A stretch of 64,000 bases of DNA from Verrucomicrobiia bacterium DG1235 (GCA_000155695.1 DS990592.1:2082635-2146634), one strand, 5' to 3'. Positions 21,155 to 31,184 are shown, counted from the first letter of the stretch. The notes: generated by a model from the letters alone, not told the origin. Translations and numbers: made by a program.

Positions 21155-22153
21155 CTAGCCACGGGATAAAAGCAGCCGACCGAGCGAAGCCATCAGCTCC
21201 TCGAAAACCGCATCCGCGTCCACCACCCGTTCCGCCACCCAATGCGGTCCCGCCTCGTCCGCCAAAAAGTCAGTCTCCCCCTCGTTCGACACCTTCACTT
21301 GCCCCCGCCGCCCCGCATACAGCTCCGGCGCCACCATCGACACCGTCGTGTGCACGTCATGCATCACCGGCGCGATTCCCCACTTCCGCTCGTCGATCAA
21401 GCGCGGAGCCGACAACAAATCGCCCAACACCTTCAGCCGCTCCACGTCGCCGCCAAACACCTCCGCCAATCGCCCTTCCCGCTCCTTCGTGAACGTCAGC
21501 TGGTGCGTACAATCCATCGGGAAAAGAGCCACCCGTATCCCACTTTCCAATACGACCCTAGCATCCCCCGGAGCCTGCTGAAAATTAAACTCCGCCCGCT
21601 CCGTTATATTCCCCTTCCGCAAAATCGACTCCGTTCCCAAACGTTCCAGCCGCTCGTTCACCCGATACCCGCTCAGCTCCCGCACACACCCGCCCATGAT
21701 CCGAATCTCCTTCAATCGCCCCATCACCTCCGGAGCCCGCCGAATCGCCTCCGCCACATTCGTCTGCGGCCCCGTAGCCACCAGCACCACAGAACCCGCC
21801 GGCTCCCGTCCAATCGCATCGATCAAAAAGTCCACCGCTCTCATCTCCGCCGGAGCCACCTCCGACAATTCCATCACAGCATCCCCCAAGCCCGTTCTCC
21901 CATGCGCCTCGTCCCCCTCCGGCTGCTCCTCCACCTCACTCGGAGCCACCGCCCCCGCATATCTCGGCACAACCCCATCCACCCCCAAAAACCGCAGCAT
22001 CGCCCCCGCATTCTGCAAATTCTGACGTAGCGAAGCATTGCCGAAAGTCACCGTAGCCCCCAGAACCTTGTATTCGGACGGCCGCGACACCAAAACACTC
22101 GCCAACTGCATAACATCCCCACCCCAATCACTATCGACAATCACCTTCTGCAT
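21155..22153 (-). CDS. Inosine-uridine-preferring nucleoside hydrolase family protein
   Basis: Start placed at internal Met (MQKVIVDSDWGGDV, the DxDxxxDD aspartate cluster of IU-NH). The longer 22390 ORF start would read through the intergenic repeat copies. Confidence 0.8.
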   Translation of the reverse strand: MQKVIVDSDWGGDVMQLASVLVSRPSEYKVLGATVTFGNASLRQNLQNAGAMLRFLGVDGVVPRYAGAVAPSEVEEQPEGDEAHGRTGLGDAVMELSEVAPAEMRAVDFLIDAIGREPAGSVVLVATGPQTNVAEAIRRAPEVMGRLKEIRIMGGCVRELSGYRVNERLERLGTESILRKGNITERAEFNFQQAPGDARVVLESGIRVALFPMDCTHQLTFTKEREGRLAEVFGGDVERLKVLGDLLSAPRLIDERKWGIAPVMHDVHTTVSMVAPELYAGRRGQVKVSNEGETDFLADEAGPHWVAERVVDADAVFEELMASLGRLLLSRG

Positions 22154-22200
22154 CCCACCAAACCTCAACCCATCCCCACCCCATCCGCAAGCCCAAGCCA

Positions 22201-22362
22201 CCCAAAACAACACAACCCCGTAGCGCGGAGCTTTCCTGTCCGCCGTAGCCTTGGCGAAGGTGGAAGCCCGCGTCCCCACAACCCAAACAACACAACCCTG
22301 TAGGCTTGGACCCCTTGACGGTCGTAGCCTTGGCGAAGTCTGTTGGTCCAAACCGCGGAACC
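22201..22362. repeat. Two tandem copies of a structured intergenic repeat (caacacaaccc-GTAGC-[hairpin]-GTAGCCTTGGCGAAG-...)
   Basis: Unit 1 (22201..22276) and unit 2 (22281..22362) share a prefix and the GTAGCCTTGGCGAAG core. Each has an internal hairpin: gcgga/tccgc in unit 1, gacc/ggtc in unit 2. Confidence 0.6.
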
Positions 22363-22380
22363 CAATCCAACCCCAAAGCC

Positions 22381-22404
22381 CATCGCTCATCGCTCATCGC
22401 TCAT
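22381..22404. repeat. (CATCGCT)3 heptamer tandem repeat in the intergenic region upstream of the ARH gene
   Basis: Read directly. Confidence 0.6.
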
Positions 22405-22522
22405 CAGAGCGACCTCCTAAAAAAGGCGATCACGCCTCCACTAACTCCCTCTTAAAAATCTGCGGCCATCCGCGGTAAAAAAACACAACCCAAATCACTA
22501 CTCACCACTCCCACTCCCTCCC

Positions 22523-23440
22523 ATGTCCGACCAACTAAAAGGCGCCCTCTACGGCCTACTCATAGGCGACGCCCTCGGCGTGCCCTACGAGTTCAAGCCC
22601 CCCGCCGAAATCCCGCCATCCCCAGAAATCGAATACACCCCGCCTCCTCACTTCCCTCGCTCCCATCCATCCGTTCAACCCGGCACCTGGTCCGACGACG
22701 GCTCCCAAGCCCTCTGCCTCCTCGAATCCCTCCTCGCCCGCGGCGAACTCAACCTCATCGACTTCTCCCAACGCCTGCAAAACTGGTACTTCGAAGGCCA
22801 CCTCGCCGTCGACAAAAACGTATTCGACGTCGGCATCCAAACCCGCGAAGCCATCATCAAGCTCTCCAAAAATTTCTTCCCCGGCGAATCCGGCCGCGCC
22901 GACGAACACGCCAACGGAAACGGCTCCCTCATGCGCTGCCTCCCCCTAGCCCTCTGGCACCGCGGCACCGACGCAGTCCTCGTCGAAGACGCCCACCAGC
23001 AGTCCATCATCACTCACGCCCACCCACGCGCCCAAGCCTGCTGCGCCCTCTACTGCCTCTGGGCACGCCGTATCCTACAGTCCGATACAGACCCCTGGCA
23101 ATCCGCCACCGCCACCCTCCGCCTGCTCTACCAAAACCGCCCCGACTTCACCTACGAGCTCGAGGACCACATCCGCCCCGAATCCCCACCCATCTGCGAA
23201 GGCACCGGCTACGTCGTCGACTGCCTCCACTCCGCCCGCATCGCCTGCCGCCAGGACTCCTTCGAAGCCGTCGTCAAACGCGCCATCGCCTTCGGAAACG
23301 ACACCGACACCACCGCCTGCGTCGCCGGAGGCATCGCCGGCCTCCGCTTCGGCTTCAGCCAAATCCCAGCCCGCTTCATCCAAAACCTCCGCGGCCAATC
23401 CCTCTTTGCCCCCCTCCTCACCCAACTCCTCACCCCGTAG
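22523..23440 (+). CDS. ADP-ribosylglycohydrolase family protein (DraG/ARH-like), cytoplasmic
   Basis: 305 aa. GALYGLLIGDALGVPYEF N-terminal motif and C-terminal FGNDTDTTACVAGGIAGLRFG motif. Confidence 0.8.
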   Translation: MSDQLKGALYGLLIGDALGVPYEFKPPAEIPPSPEIEYTPPPHFPRSHPSVQPGTWSDDGSQALCLLESLLARGELNLIDFSQRLQNWYFEGHLAVDKNVFDVGIQTREAIIKLSKNFFPGESGRADEHANGNGSLMRCLPLALWHRGTDAVLVEDAHQQSIITHAHPRAQACCALYCLWARRILQSDTDPWQSATATLRLLYQNRPDFTYELEDHIRPESPPICEGTGYVVDCLHSARIACRQDSFEAVVKRAIAFGNDTDTTACVAGGIAGLRFGFSQIPARFIQNLRGQSLFAPLLTQLLTP

Positions 23441-23496
23441 CCCGGTGCTTTCCCAGTCCACCGAAGCCTTGGCGAAGGCGGAAGCCCGCGTCCCCT
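23433..23496. repeat. Third copy of the structured intergenic repeat, overlapping the ARH stop codon
   Basis: ccccGTAGCccggtgctttcccagtccaccgaaGCCTTGGCGAAGgcggaagcccgcgtcccc. Hairpin ggtg/cacc replaces gcgga/tccgc of copy 1, a compensatory change. Confidence 0.6.
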
Positions 23497-23660
23497 CAAC
23501 CCAATCACCCCTTCATACTTCAACCTTCATACTTCATCCTTCACAACCCTTCATCAAAAACCTTCCCTTTTCCGCAAAGCCCCGCACACTCGAGCAACCA
23601 AGAATCTGAACAACGTTTGCCCACCCCAACCCACGCAAACATCCAACCCCAAAAGTTCAC

Positions 23661-25853
23661 ATGCCCTCACTACCAAAAGCGCTTCTCCTAGCGCTTCCCC
23701 TCTCCGTGTCCACCGCCGCCCTAGCCACCGACTACGACTACCCCTTCCAAGACCCCGACCTCCCCAACGAAGAACGTATCGACGATCTCATTACATGCAT
23801 GACTCTCGAAGAAAAAGTCGACCTCATGGGCTTCGTCCCCGGCATCCCCCGCCTCGACGTCAAATACACCCGCATCTCCGAAGGCTACCACGGCGTCGCC
23901 CAAGGCGGCCCCTCAAACTGGGGCAAGCGAAACCCCACGCCCACCACCCAATTCCCCCAAGCCTACGGACTCGCCGCCACCTGGGACCCTGCCCTCATCT
24001 CCCGCGTCTCCGCCAACCAGGCCACCGAAGTCCGCTACCTCTACCAATCGCCCAAATACCAGCGCTCCGGTCTCGTCGTCATGGCGCCCAATGCCGACCT
24101 CGCCCGCGACCCCCGCTGGGGCCGCACCGAGGAAGTCTACGGCGAAGACCCATTCCTCACCGGCACCCTCGCCGCCGCCTTCGCCAGCGGCCTCGCCGGC
24201 GACCACCCGCGCTACCTCAAGGCCACCAGCCTCCTCAAGCACTTCCTCGCCAACAGCAACGAGGACGACCGCTTCTTCTCATCCTCCGACTTCGACGAAC
24301 GCCTCTGGCGAGAGTACTACGCCAAGCCCTTCGAAATGGCCATTCGCGATGGCGGAGCCCGCTCCATGATGGCCGCATACAACGCCATCAACGGAACCCC
24401 CGCCCACGTCCACCCCATGCTCCGCGACATCGTCATGGGCGAATGGGGGCTGGACGGCACCATATGCACCGACGGCGGCGGACTAGCCCACCTCGTCAAC
24501 CAACATAAAACCTACCCCGATCTTCCGACCGCCACCGCCGCCTGCATCAAAGCAGGCATCAACCTCTTCCTCGACAACCACACCCAAGCCGCTCTCGATG
24601 CCGTCGAACAAAGCCTCGTCACCGAAGCGGAGATCGACGACGTCATCCGCGGACGCATCCGCCTCTTCCTCGACCTCGGCCTACTCGATCCGCCCGAACT
24701 CGTCCCGTATTCAAACATCGGACACGAGCCCGGCCTCGAACCTTGGGAACTCCCCGAAACCCACGCCTTCGTCCGCGAAGTCACCCGCAAGTCCATCGTC
24801 CTCCTCAAAAACGAGAACAACATCCTCCCCCTCGATCCTTCCAAAATCAACTCCGTCGCCATCGTCGGCCCCCTCGCCAACACCACCCTGCTCGACTGGT
24901 ACTCAGGCACCCCTCCCTACGCCATCCCGCCCCGCGACGGCATCGAAGGCTACGCCAATTCCGGCCCCTTCCCTTCCCCCGCCAAGTTCGGCTCCAACTG
25001 GGTCGCCGACATGAGCGACACCGCTCTCGAAGTCGCTGCCTCCCGCGACGTCGCCATTGTTGTCGTCGGTAACCACCCGGAAAGCAACGCCGGCTGGGGC
25101 GTCGTCACCTCTCCCTCCGAAGGCAAAGAAGCCGTCGACCGCCAGGAAATCATCCTCCAGCCCGACCAAGAGGAATTCATCCAAAAAGTCTACGCCGCCA
25201 ACCCCAACACCATCGTCGTCCTCGTATCCAACTTTCCCTACGCGATGCCCTGGGCCGCCGAGAACGCTCCCGCCATCGTACACATTACCCACGCCTCCCA
25301 AGAGCAAGGCAACGCCCTCGCGGACGTCCTCTTCGGCGACTATAACCCCGGCGGCAAAACCGTGCAGACATGGCCCAAGTCCCTCGACCAGCTCCCGCCC
25401 ATGATGGACTACGATATCCGCCGCGGCCGCACCTACATGTACTCCCAGCACGAGCCCCAATACCCCTTCGGCTACGGCCTCAGCTACACCACCTTCGAGC
25501 TCTCCAAGCTCAAGGCTCCCAAAAAACTCAAGGCCGACGCCACCGCCACCATCAAGGTCCGCGTCGCCAACACCGGCGAACGCGACGGCGACGAAGTCGT
25601 CCAGCTCTACGTCCGGTATCCAAATTCCAAGGTCGAGCGCCCCTCCAAACAACTCAAAGGCTTCCAGCGCGTCACCGTCCCCGCCGGCAAATCCGTCACC
25701 GGCGAGATCCCCCTCAAAGCCGCCGACCTCGCCTACTGGAACGTCGACACCCAATCCTGGACCGTCGAGCCCGGCCCCGTCGAGCTCCTCCTCGGCACCT
25801 CCTCCGCCGACTCCGACCTCACTCTACAAGCCACAGTCACCATCGTCGACTAG
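23661..25853 (+). CDS. Glycoside hydrolase family 3 (beta-glucosidase/beta-xylosidase-like) with C-terminal fibronectin-III-like domain; secreted
   Basis: 730 aa. Signal peptide. GH3 N- and C-domain features (GFVPGIPRLDV, KHFLANSNE, SDW... region). FnIII-like tail. Confidence 0.85.
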   Translation: MPSLPKALLLALPLSVSTAALATDYDYPFQDPDLPNEERIDDLITCMTLEEKVDLMGFVPGIPRLDVKYTRISEGYHGVAQGGPSNWGKRNPTPTTQFPQAYGLAATWDPALISRVSANQATEVRYLYQSPKYQRSGLVVMAPNADLARDPRWGRTEEVYGEDPFLTGTLAAAFASGLAGDHPRYLKATSLLKHFLANSNEDDRFFSSSDFDERLWREYYAKPFEMAIRDGGARSMMAAYNAINGTPAHVHPMLRDIVMGEWGLDGTICTDGGGLAHLVNQHKTYPDLPTATAACIKAGINLFLDNHTQAALDAVEQSLVTEAEIDDVIRGRIRLFLDLGLLDPPELVPYSNIGHEPGLEPWELPETHAFVREVTRKSIVLLKNENNILPLDPSKINSVAIVGPLANTTLLDWYSGTPPYAIPPRDGIEGYANSGPFPSPAKFGSNWVADMSDTALEVAASRDVAIVVVGNHPESNAGWGVVTSPSEGKEAVDRQEIILQPDQEEFIQKVYAANPNTIVVLVSNFPYAMPWAAENAPAIVHITHASQEQGNALADVLFGDYNPGGKTVQTWPKSLDQLPPMMDYDIRRGRTYMYSQHEPQYPFGYGLSYTTFELSKLKAPKKLKADATATIKVRVANTGERDGDEVVQLYVRYPNSKVERPSKQLKGFQRVTVPAGKSVTGEIPLKAADLAYWNVDTQSWTVEPGPVELLLGTSSADSDLTLQATVTIVD

Positions 25854-26014
25854 CCCCTCTCACAGGTAGCGGCAGCTGTCCCAGCTGCCAGCAAACACCT
25901 GTTTGCACATTCCCAGCCGCCAGCCGAAACCAAAGCCGTTCTTCCTTGCCCCGAAGGCTTGGCTGACTATTCCCATGCCGACTTAGGAGACCTTCCTTAG
26001 AACCGCTGTCCACC

Positions 26015-27043
26015 ATGAAAACATCGATCTACGACATCAAAAAACTCGAGAAGCACCTGCGCCACAACGGCTTCGGGGCTCGCGAGCTGCGTCGTACATA
26101 CCGCATGCTTTTCCGCGAATTCACGCCGCTAGAGAATCTCGGCTGGGACGACGCTTTCACCGCCAACTTCAAAGAGCAGTTCGAAACCTCCTACCTTACC
26201 CTCGTCTCCCGCATCGACTCGAAGATCGACGGAGCCACCAAACTCCTCTTCGAAACCCCCGACGGCAAAAAAATCGAAACCGTCATCCTCCGCATCGCCA
26301 CCGGACGCACCAGCATCTGCGTCTCCTCCCAGGTCGGCTGCACCGAAAAATGCCGCTTCTGCGCCACAGGCGAACTCGGCTTTTTCCGAAATCTGAAAAG
26401 CGAGGAAATCCTCGACCAAGTCGTACAAGCCGGCCGCATCCTCGCCTCCGAAGATCGCAGCCTGCGAAACATCGTCTTCATGGGCATGGGCGAACCCCTG
26501 CGAAACTACGACAACCTCGTCGCCGCCATGGACCAGCTCCTCAGCGAACACGTTTTCAAGTTCGTCCCCAAGCGCATCACTGTATCCTCTTTAGGGATAC
26601 CGGAGCTCATCGTTAAATTCGCCCAACGCTTCCCGCAAGTCAGCCTCGCCCTCAGCCTCAACGGCTCGAACGACGCGGCGCGAAGCGAAGTCATGCCGAT
26701 CAACAACCGCTACCCCATGGCCGATCTGCGCTCCATGCTCGAGCAGCTAGAGACCATCCGCGAAGGCATCGTCATGATAGAGTACATCATGTTCAAGGAT
26801 CTCAACGACAGCGTAGAGGACGCCGCCAAAGTCGCCGCCTTCCTGCGCGGACTTGCAGTCCACATCAATCTCATTCCCTACAATCCCGACTACTCGCTCA
26901 ACAAGTCCTTCCTCCCCTCGTCAATCGAAACCATCGAGGCCTTCAAGAATCACCTTCAAAGCGAAGGCTACAAAGTCACCCGCCGCTTCTCCCTCGGCCA
27001 AGACATCGCCGCCGCCTGCGGCCAACTCGCCAATAAAAGCTAA
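26015..27043 (+). CDS. rlmN: Radical SAM 23S rRNA/tRNA adenine-C2 methyltransferase, RlmN/Cfr family
   Basis: 342 aa. CVSSQVGCTEKCRFCATG (CxxxCxxC). RlmN-like C-terminal region with conserved Cys (AAACGQL). Confidence 0.85.
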   Translation: MKTSIYDIKKLEKHLRHNGFGARELRRTYRMLFREFTPLENLGWDDAFTANFKEQFETSYLTLVSRIDSKIDGATKLLFETPDGKKIETVILRIATGRTSICVSSQVGCTEKCRFCATGELGFFRNLKSEEILDQVVQAGRILASEDRSLRNIVFMGMGEPLRNYDNLVAAMDQLLSEHVFKFVPKRITVSSLGIPELIVKFAQRFPQVSLALSLNGSNDAARSEVMPINNRYPMADLRSMLEQLETIREGIVMIEYIMFKDLNDSVEDAAKVAAFLRGLAVHINLIPYNPDYSLNKSFLPSSIETIEAFKNHLQSEGYKVTRRFSLGQDIAAACGQLANKS

Positions 27044-27102
27044 GCCAACGGTTGAACCAGTATCCAGTTCATGGAGTCACGCCGGATTGGCGTGGCTCTA
27101 TT

Positions 27103-27708
27103 TTACCCTTCTACGGATTTCTGAATACGATCGCCTTTTCGAACGAGCCCATCCTCGACCACGCGTACATAGATCCCTCTCAAGTGAAGCGCCTTGCCTA
27201 CCGGACTGTTGATGAAAGCAAGAGCCTCCTTTCCAAAACGCTTGGCAAACTTTCCGCATCCATTGTGCGGCTGACGCGTCACCTCTAGCTTAGCCTCCCC
27301 GATTTTGAGCCGATCCCCTTCCTTTAGGTTCTCGTCACTCAAGTCGAAATCCACGCACAGCGCATCTCCGGCGAGAGCCCGTTCCTCATCAGTGCCTGCT
27401 ATCACCTCAAGCACGCGATAGTTCATCATCGCGATCTGAACAATCGGATCAGGACTGCCATCCGGCAAAGTCATCCAGCACTTCTTCGCCCAGGAATCGC
27501 CATGAGCCCCTCCCTGTACACTCAACTGACACGAGTCCAAAACCTCGCGTTCATTCTCTGCAGGGCGAATCACGATCATCTTTAAAACACCGCGATCGCA
27601 CGGTGCGGATTTGATGTAATCAAGTTTTTCGACGAACTCCTCCTCGGTAATGTGGCACATAGCACAAGTTTTCGCGTCACACCCCTGGATTTTCAAGCGC
27701 ATTTCCAT
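27103..27708 (-). CDS. MOSC domain protein (YiiM-like) with N-terminal C-x4-C-x2-C segment
   Basis: GDALCVDFDLSDENLKEGDRLKIGEAKLEVTRQPHNGCGKF matches the MOSC beta-barrel core (GENL...GD.l.iG.a.leVtqpr.pC.k). Confidence 0.6.
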   Translation of the reverse strand: MEMRLKIQGCDAKTCAMCHITEEEFVEKLDYIKSAPCDRGVLKMIVIRPAENEREVLDSCQLSVQGGAHGDSWAKKCWMTLPDGSPDPIVQIAMMNYRVLEVIAGTDEERALAGDALCVDFDLSDENLKEGDRLKIGEAKLEVTRQPHNGCGKFAKRFGKEALAFINSPVGKALHLRGIYVRVVEDGLVRKGDRIQKSVEG

Positions 27709-27810
27709 AGAGCCTACTCGCCAAGAAACAACGCGCCGACTTCTCCTACCCCGAAGAAGCCGACGCGTCTACCCAATGAAATTCTATTTTCAGTCGCTCA
27801 GCTCGAAACC

Positions 27811-29130
27811 TTAAAACTGTACCCGAGCGACGCCGTCTGCTTTATTCAGATCCACGATTCGATCCACACCATTGCAGCTCACGCGATACTTCCCGTAAAA
27901 AGCCGGCACCTGACGCGATCCCATTCGGTCAACCTGCCCTTCCCAAGTCGTCCACCACTTCTTGTATACAAGATCGTGATACGCCTTAGCAGCGGGAGTG
28001 GGCGTCCAGTCGAGCTTGTAGAGCGACGAAGCCGGTATCCAGTTCGCGCCTTCCCAGAAGCCCCACATCAAAATCCCCTCCACCTCCGGATGAGCGAAGC
28101 AAATCGTATAATAGTCGACGATCGCCTGAGCCTTGGCCTTCTCTTCCTTCGCAGTCAGCACGGGTGGATTGTCTGAAAGAAAACGGGAACGCTGCCCTGG
28201 AAAATTAAACTCCGTAACTCGAATCGGCATCCCGAACTTCGCCAACTCGTCCAGCGACGAATGCAACACCTTAGGGTCAAAACTCTCTCCGTGCAAATGC
28301 CCCTGTACCCCGATCCCATCGATCGAGGCTCCCAGCTTCAACTGCCGCTTAATGTCCTTCGTATACTGCTTAAGCTTCGCCCCAGTCAAAATGTCATAGT
28401 CATTGAAATACAATACCGCAGTCGGATCGGCCTCCTTCACCCAAGCCGCCATCTGCTTCGTGATCCCCTTCCCAAAACGCTTTTCGTAATAGTTCTCGTG
28501 GATCATCTCGTTATTCAAATCGTATTCCACGAACCGCCCTGCATAGCGCTTCCCTACGTCAAATGCCCGAGCCTCCAGATACGCCAGCAACTCCTCGTCG
28601 CCCATCTCCTTCTGCCAATTCATCACCCGATTGCCGATGCCCCAATAAATATTGTGCCCGCGAATCGGAATCTCGTTCGCCTCGCTCCAGTCAAGAATGG
28701 CATCCACCGTCGCGTAGTCGACCTCGCCCTTTTCCCGCTCCATCGCCAGCCATTTCAAAGCATTCTCAGTCACCGCGGAATTGAAGTTCTCCAAAAACGC
28801 CGCCTTGTACCGCTTTGTATCCTCCACGGACATACGCCCGTCAAAAGCCTGATTCGCCAAAGCCGCCCCAAACCAAAACTCATGTTCAAGCTGCTCCACC
28901 GTCACCTCAGCTAGCGCCGGTGCCTCCACGACCAAAGTCCCCATCCGATGCTGGGCAATCGCCACCTCATCGCTCACCGCACCCTTCGCAACTCCCACCT
29001 GCCCCAAACAACACGCAACCATAAAAACAGCCAAAGCTAAGCCCACAGAGCCGCTCCTCACCTCCCCCTCTTCGGGACGTGTTTGAAAAGCCGGCACAAA
29101 AGCATCTCTGTTCATGCCCCCGAAAAACAA
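27811..29130 (-). CDS. Endo-1,4-beta-xylanase, glycoside hydrolase family 10, secreted, with extra C-terminal domain
   Basis: 439 aa. Signal peptide. GH10 motifs (GHNIYWG, YFNDYD, GIDGIGVQGHL, ITEFNF with nucleophile Glu). Confidence 0.85.
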   Translation of the reverse strand: MFFGGMNRDAFVPAFQTRPEEGEVRSGSVGLALAVFMVACCLGQVGVAKGAVSDEVAIAQHRMGTLVVEAPALAEVTVEQLEHEFWFGAALANQAFDGRMSVEDTKRYKAAFLENFNSAVTENALKWLAMEREKGEVDYATVDAILDWSEANEIPIRGHNIYWGIGNRVMNWQKEMGDEELLAYLEARAFDVGKRYAGRFVEYDLNNEMIHENYYEKRFGKGITKQMAAWVKEADPTAVLYFNDYDILTGAKLKQYTKDIKRQLKLGASIDGIGVQGHLHGESFDPKVLHSSLDELAKFGMPIRVTEFNFPGQRSRFLSDNPPVLTAKEEKAKAQAIVDYYTICFAHPEVEGILMWGFWEGANWIPASSLYKLDWTPTPAAKAYHDLVYKKWWTTWEGQVDRMGSRQVPAFYGKYRVSCNGVDRIVDLNKADGVARVQF

Positions 29131-29524
29131 AAACTACTCCTCAATCGTCAACAAACACCCAACTCCGCCATAAGCATATTGAAAATCGATAACTCATATT
29201 AGCACGCTTGATACGAAAACTAAGACAATTACCTCATCCTCGATGAGCGAAGCGACACTCGATAAGCAATGTGAAGGGACATCCCCACAAATCCACCCAC
29301 GACCAAACGCATCGGTTCAAATCAATATCCTCAGTGGTTCATCCCCCTTTTCACCGCCCGTCCCCAAAAATCCGTGTAAATCTGTGCGATCTGTGGGCAA
29401 AGAAAGCATCATCCACAAACCAGGTCATCAGAGCGGCCTCCACAAAAAAGCGATGCCACCAAAATGGCAGCATCGCTTGTCTCAAAAATAACGTCCGCTT
29501 AACTTCTTACAAAACCTTCGAAAC

Positions 29525-30337
29525 TTATCGTATCCACTTAATGGATCGACGAACAAACAGCAGACTCACCAATCCCAAAGCCGCCAACACCGCCGTGCTT
29601 CCACTATCCGGCACATCACTCGCCTCTATTGGATATTGACCGTTGAAATTCGCATCAATGAAATCACCATCAGCTGACTGCTTCATGAAATAACCAGCGA
29701 CGTAACTGCCATCAAAAGAAACCGCACCGCTCTCTATCTGGGAGATAATACCGGGCAAGTTAGGCAAATCAGATCCACTACCAGTATCGACCTCACCAAA
29801 CACTCCCGCCACATATCCAAACAAACTAAATCCAGGACCAGCAAGGTCGACATATTCAGTGACTCCAGAATTGTTGACGATCGGTACGTTCATCAGCTCA
29901 GGCAGACCAATTGGAGCACTACTATTGTAAATGTAATTCCCCGCTAGAAACAAAGTCCACTGAAAAACGCCCAAGGGCTGCGTGTCCTTTTTAGTGATCG
30001 TCAAAGCAATGCTCTCAACCGAATCGAAAACCGAATAATTACCGACTACGAATTGGGCAACCCCCGCTCCGACAAGATCATACCTCCATTCTGTCAATCC
30101 CGGAAACGGGTTCGTGATCGTCGGAGCAGAAGGAGTCGCGCCCGCTAGATCCGCATCCAGTTGCGACGTCCAGGGAGTCACCCCTGGCACCGCGGAGGGA
30201 TCCAGATGGCTATAATCTTGCCAAGGCTCCACTATGAGCCGGCCGCTTCCATTAAAGGTAAAACCGCTGGATGACGGTGTTAAAGCCGATGCCAATGCCA
30301 TCAAGGCCGAGCAACTAAGAAACTGTGGGGTTTTCAT
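29525..30337 (-). CDS. Secreted protein with C-terminal PEP-CTERM-like sorting signal (VPDSG variant + TM + RRS)
   Basis: 270 aa. Signal peptide. C-terminus ...DVPDSGSTAVLAALGLVSLLFVRRSIKWIR resembles exosortase substrates. Confidence 0.5.
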   Translation of the reverse strand: MKTPQFLSCSALMALASALTPSSSGFTFNGSGRLIVEPWQDYSHLDPSAVPGVTPWTSQLDADLAGATPSAPTITNPFPGLTEWRYDLVGAGVAQFVVGNYSVFDSVESIALTITKKDTQPLGVFQWTLFLAGNYIYNSSAPIGLPELMNVPIVNNSGVTEYVDLAGPGFSLFGYVAGVFGEVDTGSGSDLPNLPGIISQIESGAVSFDGSYVAGYFMKQSADGDFIDANFNGQYPIEASDVPDSGSTAVLAALGLVSLLFVRRSIKWIR

Positions 30338-30519
30338 AAATTACTTAATAACTTGTCCGTAAGATAGATTCAAACCACGCAGATTAATCAACACTCATCT
30401 GATCCAAAGTTCATGACCTAGTTCACTCCTGCGTCATCTCGTCCAGACCAGTCGAAAGCAGCGAAACGACGCTAGAAGTCCGCCGCAACCTCTTCTGTCA
30501 ATTCGGTTTTCATTTGATA

Positions 30520-30565
30520 AAAAAAGATCGCCCGCCGCCGATCATACGGCACGGCGGACGAGCTC
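30520..30565 (-). terminator. Rho-independent terminator downstream of the HNH gene
   Basis: On the reverse strand: tcgtccgccg-tgccgtatgat-cggcgggcga stem (~10 bp) followed by tctttttttat. Confidence 0.55.
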
Positions 30566-30569
30566 AGGT

Positions 30570-31184
30570 TTAGTATTTCAAGAACCACCTCCAATCGTCG
30601 TGATTCAAAGTTCGAATACGACGAAAGATGGGTTGGGCGACAGGAGCCCGAGGCTTGCGAAGCAGTCGTAAGCCCGCTTCCTCTGGCAATCGATCCGCTT
30701 TGCGCGTGTTCACACCCTTATCCGTCCAAACCAGGTTTTCGAACGAATTCTGACCGCCCCGAGACCGCGGAATCACGTGGTCGATGTTGCCCTCGGTCCA
30801 GGAAACGCGGCGACCGGTGTACTGGCAAACGCCCCCGTCACGCTCGTAGATCGAACGCCGCGTCACGCCGGGTCGCCAAAGAGGCATTCCAGAGTAATTT
30901 GACACCACGATCACGGTAGGCACACGGATCTGCTGGCGAGGCGTCCGGATCGCTATATCGCAGGACCGCACCGGAAGCTCCTTCCACTGCTCCCAATTGA
31001 CCGGAATGCAATCAGCAGGACCCGAGAGATCCGCCACTCCGTTCTCATCCAACGGGTAGCGAATATCCATCGCCAGAGCCGTACCACTCATCAAGTCGCA
31101 AAAAGCCTGCCGCACGGTACGCTGACCAATGTCCCGCCACGTTCGGTTCAAGGTCAACACAATAGCCTTATCTATAGTATTCAT
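30570..31184 (-). CDS. HNH endonuclease family protein
   Basis: 204 aa. C-terminal HNH motif: C...Y...G...NIDHVIPRSRGGQNSFENLVWTDKGVNTRK. Confidence 0.8.
   Translation of the reverse strand: MNTIDKAIVLTLNRTWRDIGQRTVRQAFCDLMSGTALAMDIRYPLDENGVADLSGPADCIPVNWEQWKELPVRSCDIAIRTPRQQIRVPTVIVVSNYSGMPLWRPGVTRRSIYERDGGVCQYTGRRVSWTEGNIDHVIPRSRGGQNSFENLVWTDKGVNTRKADRLPEEAGLRLLRKPRAPVAQPIFRRIRTLNHDDWRWFLKY

Noticed and set aside
21155-22390. Long (411-aa) version of the nucleoside hydrolase ORF starting at 22390
   Set aside because: The extra 79 N-terminal residues are translated from the intergenic repeat copies and lack any domain. The conserved DxDxxxDD N-terminus begins at the internal Met (22153).
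22381-22404. (CATCGCT)3 as a coding Ser-Asp-Glu repeat (MSDERW... ORFs on the minus strand)
   Set aside because: The ORFs through it are short, overlap the repeat elements and have no support; treated as a DNA-level tandem repeat.
24903-25754. 283-aa Gly/Asp/Val-rich ORF antisense to the GH3 gene
   Set aside because: Same reasoning; GH3 frame carries the conserved motifs.
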